The notes below the pieces were generated by a model that had not been told where the DNA came from, made no database searches, and saw only the letters and a program-made list of their open reading frames with translations. A DNA stretch of 62,953 nucleotides, counting the filler, from Choristocarpus tenellus KU-1152 (taxonomy: Eukaryota; Protista; Phaeophyceae), in NCBI GenBank assembly GCA_964200185.2. It is 9 parts of 9 records of this genome, joined end to end, with 100 filler letters (N's around TTAATTAATTAA, not from the genome) between each part and the next. Parts side by side here need not be neighbours in the genome. Positions count along the whole stretch, not along the records: positions 1 to 4,365 come from CAXNAD020014892.1; positions 4,466 to 11,668 come from CAXNAD020006544.1; 7 more parts are not named here. One strand, 5' to 3'. Both the position numbers and the translations under genes were made by a program. Shown piece after piece: positions 1-11,768 of this stretch; the first letter of the stretch is position 1; each line of letters opens with the position of its first letter.

Positions 1-3000
1 CTTTTCTTATAGACTTGCCTTGTAGAGGTTGGCAGCTCAAAATCTTGTTACGCTGCACATGACAAAAAGAGCTTTGCTAGAAATGGATTTGAACTCCCTC
101 CTACCTCTACCTCTACTCACAGTGCTTGCATAGAGTGAACATTGTCTCGAGCATAACGGTTATCTTTCCATTTGTCACTCTGATTTCTGATTGAAGGGCA
201 TTTCAACCCAAACAATAGTCCTAAAGAAGCGGAAGGAGTGCTTATCACCCCTCCGGCCAGAACTGCTGGATACGGAGGGGTGAACCATGATAAGACATTT
301 GGGTATAGGGTTTCGTTTATACTCCTGCTTGTCCCTCAAGTCGCTCTGAATCCTTTCAACACAATGTGAACCAACGGAACAAATCAGATACACAACAGTT
401 TTGAGAGTGGTAACAGCATTTCATTTACACTCTCTGTTTGTCCCTCAAGTCACTCCGTGTNNNNNNNNNNCCACCACAATGTGGACCAATTGAACAAATC
501 AGATACGCAACAGTTTTGAGAGTGGTGAGGCTTTTCGAGACGGAAAGAAAGCCCACCGTTGTTGGTGAGTACAGCTGCAACAAGAACAACCGTTATTGTT
601 CCAAATTTGAAAGTGGAAATCCGGTGTCTGAGTTCTCCACCGAGCCCTTAGGGCTTCAAGAAGGTATCAAGCATACTTCTGCACAAACAGTTTTTGCGTT
701 ATGTTGGTGGTGTGGATTCCTTGAAAGGCTTGAGTATCTGTCGTCATTCTCACTGAGGTGCCCCGCCATCTCATGGTTTCACTTACAGCTGATTTGTGTA
801 CATCTATATATATACGTTCATTTTCGCCGAGAGACACGCTACTATTGCAATGGATGTGTAGTATCTCTCATCTTGAAGTACACAAGAAGTCACGAGGAAT
901 TCAGCCATAGTGGCAGAGATTGCGTTTGAATACTTCCTCCTATATTTGTACAGATGTGTTGTGATATATGCTTATAAATTTGTAGATTCCTATTGCAACA
1001 TGCGTCTTACGCCCTAGTTTGGTGTGAAATATTGGACAGGTGTTTTCTTTTAGTTGTGTTCCGTGTAAGATAGTGTCCTTGATATGTGAGTGTGTGCCCC
1101 ATGCTTGAGATCTCAGTACAATCCAACTCTAGTTATGCGAGACACTAAGGGTATAGTAAAAGGCATTCAGACCTTTTTGGGGCAGGATTTTCTGACAAAA
1201 TGAGCAAAATCTGCGATTTCAATCAAACACAAGATGGGAGGCCAATGGGACAGCATGACGATAGGAAGGGTATTGCTGACAGCAAGGAGTATACTCAAAA
1301 CGCCGTCAATGGTTTCTTTCACACTATACTGCCGACCAAAAAAGTCTCCTTCCTAGTTCACTGCAATCTTTCCTCTCGACTTCAGAGAGTTTGAGTGATT
1401 TCAGTGGTAGGATGTTCCAGTCAGTTGAGGACTGCAACATGGTGCATATATGTGGTCACATCGTGGTTGTGGCCATATCAGCCAAAGAAGACTGCAAAAT
1501 ATACAAATACACCCACAAACACACACACAGAGTCAAATACAAACACATTCATAGACTAATGCATAGAGATGCACGTGTATGGAGAATCAGGGTTTGCACT
1601 GGCGTTCCCAACCATTGCCGTGTAAACTCCACAAACAGGTGGACCCATTAAACCTGGCGGTTGTGGATGACTGTGTGGTGCACCAGCATCGTGAGAGCCA
1701 AATCACGCTCAAAATCCTATGCCTCTCACTATTGAGAGATCGATTTGAGTGGCAGGGCTTGCTCTCGAAGTCAGAAGTAGCTTGCAGTTGGTTTTGATGT
1801 GATATATATAAAGTTGGTGTGTCATAGATCTGTGCATTCATACTCGAGCATGTACATTATATATAGAGAGATAAATGTGTGGAATTGGCCATCTACATAT
1901 AGGTCTAGCCATGCACTCTATCATACTGCCAAATGAAGTACACAGCAGAGGCAGCTATTAGTTGCCCTGAGAGAGAAGGGGGAGTCATGTAAACCAGATA
2001 GCTAACTGTCTGGGCCTATACTACAGGAGTTTCATTGTGGTCTCCAGGATGTGTCTCTCCCTAGAGAAGCTTGATATTTTAGGTTGTTTGATCTGTGTGA
2101 ACAGTCAGTTACAATTTTACTTCGTCATGTTTGAGCAAATAGGGATACAGAGCATATCATTTTCTTTTTCGGGAAGGAAATCAGAATGCAAGTTCGTCCA
2201 TTGTCCATTTCCCGTAGCGACCCACTTGGAGAGGAAACGATGACACATGTTAATATAGCATAGCAGATATTTTGACGACTTGATTAGAGAGCTAACAATA
2301 AACATTCATACCATCTAACCTCTCTGAAGCGGACAATAACCATCAGTAGATGCGGGAATGATTAGGAGCGATCAATATACATACCCCTGCCTGTGATTCA
2401 ACTGCTACTACTGTCGAGTCCTCTTTTAACAGGAAGAAGGTTCAGTCTGCACATCTCACTCAGCCTAGTTGAAAAAAGGGGAAATAGGTAGGCACACACT
2501 CCACTGGGGTTACAGCATCACCAAGTAAGAGCTCTGTTTGGGACAAATGGAAGTAGGGTAGGTAGCTCCACCTTATGGGCACAGGGAGCTCCTTGCTACC
2601 ACACAATGCAAATTCATTTGTATCTACTGTAATATTCTCCACAAGGAACACAAATGATGCAAGGGCTAGCCCTAGAAATGGGGCTTGTTCTTCGCACATA
2701 TTTCCGAGGCACAAGTAATAAAAAGTTTTCTGCAGGCAATTTGAAATACTATTATCCCTGGTACTTCTTTACGAAAACTACGATTGAGGAGATCATGGTG
2801 CTCTTGGTGGTGTAAGTTGCGCAGTAAATATCAGCAATTCGTGTGTCCTTCTCTTCAGAGCAATTGCTGTAATTCTTCTCCTAGTTGAAGGGCCGTTTGA
2901 GAGTCCCCCCATCCATTTCTATGACCAAAGCATGTTACTCCAGGGGTCTACCTAAAACAAATATATATTTTCCAATACACAGTACATGACGCATGTGATT

Positions 3001-4365
3001 TCCTTCACAGGCAGAGAGGAATGGAAGGGGTGACTCCTCCTCCCCAGTTCTCCCTCTCCCTAGATAACACCTTCTCTAGAAACAACCTTGACGTTGAATT
3101 GTGCAACTCCAGGTCAGCATAGCAACTATTGCTACTATTCAATAGACCTGTCCTGCGTCTTGTATTTCCATTCCTTCCACTTCAATAACAAGACTATTGA
3201 GCTCTTGATTAAATGTCTTGCTACAACTTTCTATTTATTTTTCATGGAGTTCAAATATGGTATGGAGCCTCTACGGAATGCATCCTACTACCTAAGAAAT
3301 TCAAGGTCCTCAGGGAGACTTCTCTTGCCAGTCCTTGTCCACCTTGGCAGAAAACCGCAGTTTTACATTCTTTCCCAAGAAGTGTTCCAGTGCCTGGTCG
3401 TAACATCAAAAACTATGGAGTAGTGAGTGATTTTTGTGGACCCCGTTGTGGACGATCAATCATTGTCACCAAGAAAAGCACATACATCAACAACAAGAAC
3501 ATATATTAACGGCCCAGAGTCAGAAGCGGACAAACTCCAATAGAGGGAAGGAGTTGAAGAGGAAGTATACCAGACGAATTTCTCAGACAATGCAAGAAGG
3601 TCTCAGTGGGACTTAAAGGACAAAGTCTTGATAGACTTGCAGTCAAATATTTCCCCTGCCCCAAACCTGACCCATCATACTCCTCTTCTCTTTACCTTGA
3701 CCTACAAGATCAGACTACCGAAAATATCACTTTTTCTAGAATCCACCCCTAGACCTTCTAATTGCCCATTCGATGCAGCAACTAACATTCTGACGGCTGC
3801 CTTCTTCACCACAAACTAATCCCTCTGTTTGCAGAGGCGGTGTTGCCCATCCTGCATGCAACACCTTCTAGTCTCGTAGAGTTTCCAAACCGCCTTTAGT
3901 TGACTTTATGTTTGGGAACAATAATATACACAACAAATGACTGTACCAACAGGCCGTAAGTGTATTTATGTTTATGCCTCCAAGGACATCACGCAGATGC
4001 AGGCGCAGGAAGGTTCATAGCAGACCTCCCACCTGGATGAGTGGACCACCCACTCACATCAAGCAACCAATGCCCCTCAGAAAATTCAAGGCTCCAACGC
4101 CCTCCCGAAACATTACTTCGAAGCATATCTATAATGGTCCACTTACAAGAGGTACTATTAACATCAACAAGAATATCACTTCTATGCAAACACTTGCAAT
4201 ACTGCTGCAGTAGAACATGAATTATCTCACCAAAAGATCACAGCACAATAATAGCTCATTCTTAATCCCAACACATTTGGTTCAGCTCTTTAACACACAC
4301 ATCTGCCCCCCCACCCCCCCCCCCAAACAAACAAACCCTCACCAGTGGGGACTTGATACCGATGC

Positions 4366-4465
4366 NNNNNNNNNNNNNNNNNNNNNNNNNNNNNNNNNNN
4401 NNNNNNNNNTTAATTAATTAANNNNNNNNNNNNNNNNNNNNNNNNNNNNNNNNNNNNNNNNNNNN
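4366..4465. other. Artificial contig linker (N44-TTAATTAATTAA-N44); identical linkers at 11669-11768, 33207-33306, 40119-40218, 43017-43116, 46807-46906, 54025-54124, 57274-57373
   Basis: Eight identical 100-bp N-flanked spacers carrying stops in all six frames; typical pseudomolecule concatenation. A separate 10-N scaffold gap lies at 461-470. Confidence 0.97.
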
Positions 4466-4700
4466 CCACCCCCCCTCCCCCTCAGATACTTTGGGTCAGC
4501 TGTACGATATGGACGCAGAGAACTTCATTAATATGAAATAGATGGAATGGTAATACACTATTAACTATTTATTACTAATATTTTTCTAATATTATTGATC
4601 TCCGCGTTGTGCCTTGATTATATTTGTACATTGATTATGTTTTTCTGCAACACAGTGGTTCTTGCACTAACTACAACTGTGGGTGTGGGTGTTGTTTCAG

Positions 4701-7700
4701 GATGGTAGTGAATGGAAGGAGACTGCTTTGAGCGGCAAGGAGAAGATCGAGGCTACCCTTGAGGTTATCGGGCTCATGGGCAGGCCTGGGCATGCATCCT
4801 TGGAGGTGATGTAGGATGTGATTACTGTTATGTTATTCTCACATCTGTGAATGAAACAATGCAATAATATAATAATATAAAATACTGTTATCTAATGTGT
4901 TACTTACAAAAATTACTTTAGATGTACTGAGTTTTTTTAATTTTTTTTGTCTTGTGTGTGGAGTATAGTTTACAATAAATGTCAATGTAGTTGTACCAGT
5001 GAGTATCCTGTAGTAAAGTGATGAGTACCCACATAATAATTTTATTTGAGGATATAATACTAAATTTTTCCGGTTTGAAACATGATACGGTGACTACTTT
5101 TAGTTGGATCAAGTTAACTATTTTTAATGACTATCAACGTTCTGACTGGCTTGACTTAGTTGGCAACCGATTCAGTTACAATCTTGATGGCTCTGGTTTG
5201 GCCCTGTTAAGACATTTCTTAACCTGGTCGGCAAGCCTGTCCAGGACTGCTCTCTACTGTATCTCTTGACTGCAGATCGGTCCTGGTAAATTATTGTGTC
5301 TTTTTTGTGACCCTATCTATTGGACTGATCTAAGTGTGGAAAAAATCGAAATTCGAAAAGCTTCATCACAAAAAGTAGAATTTTAAAGTATGGTTGAAGC
5401 ATAATATAAGCAACAAGAACTAAACATTTTCTGATGAGCATTGATGAGTGATGCATGGTTACGGCTTGGTCCAGTATAAATCAATGGCAGCAGTCTGACC
5501 CTGCTAAGATATTTCACCTGGGGCAGAGTGTGCTCCCTGGTCCAGTTATAATCTCAGTGGTTGCTGGTGTGGCCCTATGGCCCTATTAAGAATACTTTAC
5601 CAGGGAAGGTCCGTTGCCTGGTCCAAATACACTCTATCATGGTCCTGGACTTGTCCCATCAAGTATTGTTTTACCTCTATGGGTTAGTCCTTAGTCCTTA
5701 GACTGCTCTTGTCACTCTTACTCATCTCAATGAAAAGTCCCACATTGTTTTGGACCAGTGAAGTTAGTTGGTATGTGTTCTGTAGTACGAAGTTACTGCT
5801 TGTTGTGATCTCTCCTGTGTTTCACCTTCCTGCAACAAACACTGAATAAGAGTACTCAAGGGTGTCCATGACAAGTATATGCAGAGTGTTGGTGGATATT
5901 TCCTCCATGGTATAACTAGAATAGTCTACCAGAACATACAATGATAGTATCAACACTGGTGCAGAGTAAAGCCACAGGCATTATTGTTCTGGACACAAGA
6001 TACCTTCTGGGTTTAAAAAATGTACTAGAGTGTTGTCGCGACAACTGATGTAGGGTTAGGGTTAGGGTTGATGTACAACAGGTACAGTATCCTTTAAGCA
6101 AATGGACTGGAGGGTTTCACAGACCCCAGGCGTTTACAGAGAACATCAGTCCCAATGCAGTACTGTTAAAGGGCAGTTGCGGTTGAAAGATGTGGAGTGG
6201 TACTGGCGTTGAGAGTTCTTTTTATGTTGTTTTTTGTGTTGTCTTGGGGGTGGATCGGTTCTCACATTAATAGTTAATAGTTAATATTTTGAACAATTTC
6301 ATTCCTTTCAGGTAAGGAACACAGTCATGACCTTTGAGCCATTCCACTGCTCCTTCATTGGTGACACGGAGGGGTTCGCTGTCAACCCTGTGGAAGGAAC
6401 TCTCAACAGGCGGGGAGGGGAGGCAACACTGCTTGATGTCCAGTACAAGGGGAAGGCAAGCAAGCACCCCTTCTGCTAACAGAGGGCGTCCTTAGAGAGA
6501 AAAACCAAGGGGGGACCAAGGGGGGGGGGGGGAGAACAGAATGTGTGGAACTTTATGTGTGATCGGATTTACCTCCTCCCCTGCGTGGTGTAGATTGACT
6601 CTTGGTGGGGTTGTTTTTATTTTTATTAGGACCAGCCATTAGTATTAGTGGTAAAACCCTAAGTTGGTAATGACGAGTGAAGGGGTTGTCGCCTTAGATT
6701 TTGGGTTTTTTATCATTCCCTTTTTGTGAGATTTTTTTTGTAAGAAAAGTGAAAAGTTTTAGAAAATACGGAGACTCCCGAGTGTTATTTTTATATATAT
6801 TTTTATATTTATATGAGTCTTTGATTTCCAGATGCTTTATTTCCCCAATGCTGTGTTCATGGGATGTTTCCTTTAGAAAGATGAAATTTCTCCTGGGAGA
6901 TGATGGCAGATTTTGGGTATTTTTGTTCTCTTTTTGTTTAATTTTATTTTTATTTTTATTGGAAAAATGTGATGAGTGCCCATAATGATAGTGAGAACGA
7001 TATAATATTTAATTATAGTAAGAAATGGAATGTGGTGTTTTGACTTCCTGACTGCAGAAATAAATGAAAGTTGTACAAAGAAAGCTGTAAGACTAGTCTA
7101 GACGAATGCCACAAGAGAAAACCTTTTGGCTAGCTTCTGTTAGGGTGAAACACCACTTCTGTGCTTTCTCATCATATGTTCCTGCTCTGTTTGTGTGCCA
7201 AACCACATGACTGTATTTGGTCACTGCCAACAGGAGCTACATTCAGTTTGTATATATTTTTCTGGTGTGAAGTACCAATTTTGTAGTGGTTTACAAACAG
7301 TTCAAGATAAGCTACATGACATGAATTGTCTGTTTGTGGAGGGGAAAGTGGCATATCAAAAACTGATAAATGCTGCATAGGTCATGCTGGAAGTGATTTG
7401 TAGTGATGTAAATACTGATGTAAATAGTGTCGATGGGACCGAATAAGCTTGTACAATGCAATGTGGAACATGCCAACATGCCTCCTTTGCATGAACTAGC
7501 TGTCTTTGTAAATGTAGTGAGAGTGATATTCTGTGACATCCTTTACTACCTTTAATTGGCGTTGCTTGCAGGGCCCTGGAGACAACAGGATCGGCACCCT
7601 GGTTGTGGAGACAGAGGAGGACAAGTGGGTGTACAAGGTAACTAACTGACTGGTGTTGATTTTGTTGTCAATGTGGTTCTGTTGACTCTTGTATTATCAT

Positions 7701-8366
7701 AATATGGTCTTCAATCAACTACAGCAATTGACACAAGAGTGATACACGTACTTCAGACCTGGTACTTTAGATCATGGCCAAGGTACTCGTTGCTCCCCCT
7801 TCCCCCTCATCACTTGTTCTTCATTTTTATGTAGTAATGATATGAATGTGAACGGGAAAATCAGAAACTCCCAAAAGTCAACGGATCAACAGGGATGGAA
7901 ATTAAAAGAGGAAGAGTCAGCATGACTTGTTCTGAAGAGCGTTTGTTTCTCCTTTGTACGGAGCTAGTACACTATCTTACTATCATCATTTAGATTAGAT
8001 CATCATTTAGAACATCATTTCAAGCACCAAGCCTTACTTGTTAGATGGAGCTAATGTCAGTCTGAAAACGCCATCCAGGACCACATGCAACACCTGTAAT
8101 TTCATTGAAAAAGGGTGATGATGCCAAGTGCAATGCCCCTACCACTTGCACACATACCCTGCCCAAAGTCTTTCAGGATCTGACTAATGTAACCAACAAC
8201 TTCACACAAGTGAGTTTTAATCTCTTGCCATGCTTCTCCTCTCTCAGCAATGTTGTGCCCCTCTTCTAAGTGGCTCTCACTAGTTAGTATGCATGATGAT
8301 CAATCATTGCTAACTGTCGTCACACTCCCTGTTGTTCCAATTCAGGTTGAAGGGGTCATGCAGTGA
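4701..8366 (+). CDS. 3'-terminal exons of an unidentified protein (exons 4701-4805, 7572-7637, 8346-8366); 5' part off contig
   Basis: Three phase-0 AG/GT-bounded exons join to DGSEWKETALSGKEKIEATLEVIGLMGRPGHASLE-GPGDNRIGTLVVETEEDKWVYK-VEGVMQ*. The terminal GTLVVETEEDKWVYKVEG resembles the last strands of ASH/Ig-like domains in CFAP47-type ciliary proteins (weak, from memory). Additional internal exons cannot be excluded. Confidence 0.55.
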
Positions 8367-10099
8367 GAACAAGCTCAAGAGAGATGTGTGTGATGCAGCA
8401 GGTTTGATTGGAGCTTTGGGGTTGTGTGCTAGCAACAAGCCTGTGCCATGATGGCAGAATGCACTTATTTTCTTAGTTCACAATTTATTTGATTCCTATC
8501 ACACCGCGGTATTGCAGAAAGGTGCATACAAGTTGAATCTTCCATTCTCTGTGACTGCTTGAGTCCAGGTATGAACTTGGCATACAGGGACTACTGTGAC
8601 ATAGAGTTGAAGGCAGCGTGGAGGTTACTTCTTGACTTTAGTTTAGGTATCTGTAGCATGTAGAACGGGTAATGGTTTCATTTGTGAGTAGACAGAGTGC
8701 TGCTCAAGGGTGGTGAGTTGCAAGTGGACAGAATTGGAGGGAATCCATCTCTTGAGGTGACTCTTTTCATTTGTCATCCTTTTGGTGCCTGACTGGATGG
8801 ACAATAAAGAATGAATAGGACTGGGCTGGCTGTGGAAGACTGTTCTTCCCTTTGCTTTTGCTTTTTTTGATGGGTTGCACACGGCATGGCATGGCATGGC
8901 TTTGTCAACTGCTGCATTTTTCTTGTGTATTGAAGGTGTGCCTGTGACGGATTTGGTGAGTTATGGCAGCACGGAATCATTGCCTACCTCACTTAGAACA
9001 AAGGTAAATGAAATGACTATCTGGTAAGAATAATAATAATGAATGTGGTAGATGTTTGCTTGCAACCTTTGCTTATTGCTGGAATGGCAGTGATCAGGTT
9101 GAACCAACTGAAGAATGGTGATGATCTGGTACAGGTGTGTGAGCTATTAACTAGAAATGTGTGTGATGGGCTAGATGGTGGGTGATGTATGTAGCGATTT
9201 GATGAACTTCAAGCAATGGTCTGATGGTGCGGTCCTTCCTATAGTGCTTGGTAGGACATGATGACTTTGGAAATTCGTCTTCTGGGAATGTTTAATTGTT
9301 GCCATCTTAAATCATATACATCAAATTACACTGTAACATGTCCTTTTTTCTTGTTTTTTTTCTTCCCTAGATAGTTTTTATTCTTATGACAGTTGAATGA
9401 ATACATGACACTTTTTTTTTGTATGTATCTACCGCTCAAAACAACTAGAATCATCTAATTAATTAGCAACAAAGTACTGCTTTTATCGTAGTAATTGCCT
9501 GTGAACACATACAAAAGCGAGAGATAAAATGCAGGTAGTATACCCTCTTTTGGCATCGCTTACTGTCTCATGGTACTGACTGAATACCATCATGGATACG
9601 CCCACAATACAACCACTAGTATGCAGTGAATCCAACATTCAACTTGATGTACCAACAATTTACCAATATTCCGTCAGATTGACTGCTTGTCAAAAACACA
9701 CGATGATAGCTTGATCACTGTGGTAGGATGAAGAGGTGCGTGCCTTTTGTCCAGTTCAATAATACGCCATTATTGCAGACCATAAATTTGGTTGCAGGCG
9801 CACAGTTAGTTACAGAAAATTTGAAATGTTTGAGAAATAATAGTCAACAAGTTGGTTCTTCCGATACTGTCACTGATCACTTTCCATAGGTATCGCCATT
9901 GCCATTATAGTGGTATCCAATAGATTGGAACAGACAGGAGTGCATGGTAGGGTAGGGGTTTGCTAACAGGAGTCAAGCACTGTGAAGATTTCCTTCTGGA
10001 ATTACGGAGTTTGTCACCTTTAGCTATCTATTACCTCTCTGAGAAATGCGACTTTCATGTGATTATACTTCCAAGTTTGGAGTAGAAAGGAACTCCATG

Positions 10100-10266
10100 T
10101 AACAGCCGATTTCAAAAATTGAGGATGGGCTTGACCCAAAATTGACTGGGATAAAGTGTTGATATGTTTTTTCTTGTTTTGTCATTAAAAAAAAATATAT
10201 ATATCAACACTTTATCCCAGTCAATTTTGGGTCAAGTCCATCCTCAATTTTTGAAATCGGCTGTTA
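10100..10266. mobile_element. Foldback/MITE-like near-perfect inverted repeat
   Basis: Arms 10100-10165 and 10201-10266 are reverse complements with a single G:T pair; 35-nt AT-rich loop; TA at both outer ends. Confidence 0.85.
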
Positions 10267-10539
10267 GTGGAAAAACACACCCAAACCGACAGCCTTATTT
10301 ATATGTCAAACAAATCCCACTCATGCAACCAAACAAACCAATATCCAGCCCTGGAGCAACCTAATCCATATCTCTTATTCTTTATCGTAAATGCACGACC
10401 ACATACATAAACCAATAGTCCAGTTTGAACAGACTCGAAATCCGACACATGCAAACGTCCAAACTCCTAACCAAACCCAAATAAATGGTGGCATATAGTC
10501 CCATTCCTCTTGTGTACGCAAGGACAGAAAGGAACCCGA

Positions 10540-10667
10540 CCAACAGTCTTCGTTTTTTAGCTGACATTTCAAATACGACACGTGCGACCAAATCACCCCA
10601 AAAAGTGAGAATCGAAAAGAGGGTGAAAAACGGACGCCGGCACCCCCCCCCAGATACTTTTTGACCC
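10540..10667. mobile_element. MITE family B copy (right end; left boundary uncertain)
   Basis: Ends in CCCCCCCCCAGATACTTTTTGACCC; internal sequence matches 56920-57027. Confidence 0.75.
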
Positions 10668-11768
10668 CACTCCTTATGGTCGTGTCTATCATATACTTAT
10701 CACAAGAACTAGCACATGCTTATTTCATCAGTTCAATCGCTTAAATTGCAAGTTAGCTATGTATGCAAGTGTGCAGCTTACTGTTTGAGTCCATTTGAAT
10801 GAGCTTATTTGTTGTAGCAGTAATAAAAGTGTGCTCACACACATTGTTCTACCCAACCAACACCACTTGTGTGTGTGTGTGAATGCACACAGATAGGAAG
10901 TACTCCGTAATATGTGACTTGATGTTTCTAAGTACACATCTTACCTCTACCTCAAATGCTTCATTCAGACAAGAAACACCCAGAGTCGTCATGTATTGTA
11001 CTACCCAAGGCGAGTAAATTACAGTAAAACAAACAATCAAATCTCTCGACCCATTCCAATTTCCTTCCTAAACTAGATTATATTAACTATTGTTGCCAAT
11101 GTTACCATAACTTCGTCAGCCAAACACTTCATTTTTTTAGTTTTATCTGCCGTTTGGTATGTATGACTCCTCTTTTCTTTTCTACCCACAACAACTTCAT
11201 TCATTCAATGCATACACTCAGTGAAAAAAATACCTCTCAAAACGCACTAATTTCCTAACTTTTTCATGCAGGACAGCAACCAAGTATGTCCAGTCCCTAC
11301 CAAGCACATGCCACTGCTCTCATACTTTCCTTGCTCACACACCTTTCCTCCCAGTCTACTCACCCTCACGGTCCTTCATCTCCCTTCTTTAAGCAAGCAA
11401 CAAGGCACCCACCCACCAGTCCACAAAAGGACCCCTACTCCAACAGTTCACTACTATGTAGAGCACTCAACACTCCATATGTCACTGACCACACAACACA
11501 CGGTGCTAAATACTCTCAGCTTCACCCCCACCACATCCTACTCCAGATTAGTTCATGTGTGAATAATGGATCTGTCACACTCCCCCCCCCCCCCCCACCC
11601 CCCCCACCTGCTCCCCCCTTTTGGAATCTTTTTCCCAAAACCACCCGGCACCCCGGGGCCCCCAACGCNNNNNNNNNNNNNNNNNNNNNNNNNNNNNNNN
11701 NNNNNNNNNNNNTTAATTAATTAANNNNNNNNNNNNNNNNNNNNNNNNNNNNNNNNNNNNNNNNNNNN

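Noticed and set aside
2400-4250. Fragmentary ORFs suggesting a retroelement relic
   Set aside because: No diagnostic RT, endonuclease or integrase motif found.
4410-4421. TTAATTAATTAA palindrome repeated eight times
   Set aside because: Always centred in N runs; an artificial six-frame-stop linker.
5140-5760. Degenerate GGTCCA/CTGGTC-rich tracts, also at 27520-27830 and 32080-32310
   Set aside because: Probably an old repeat family, but no termini or unit could be defined by eye.
6052-6070. Short (TTAGGG)n runs here and at ~15592, 19320, 20262, 56631
   Set aside because: Only 2-3 units each; interstitial microsatellite-level matches, not chromosome ends.
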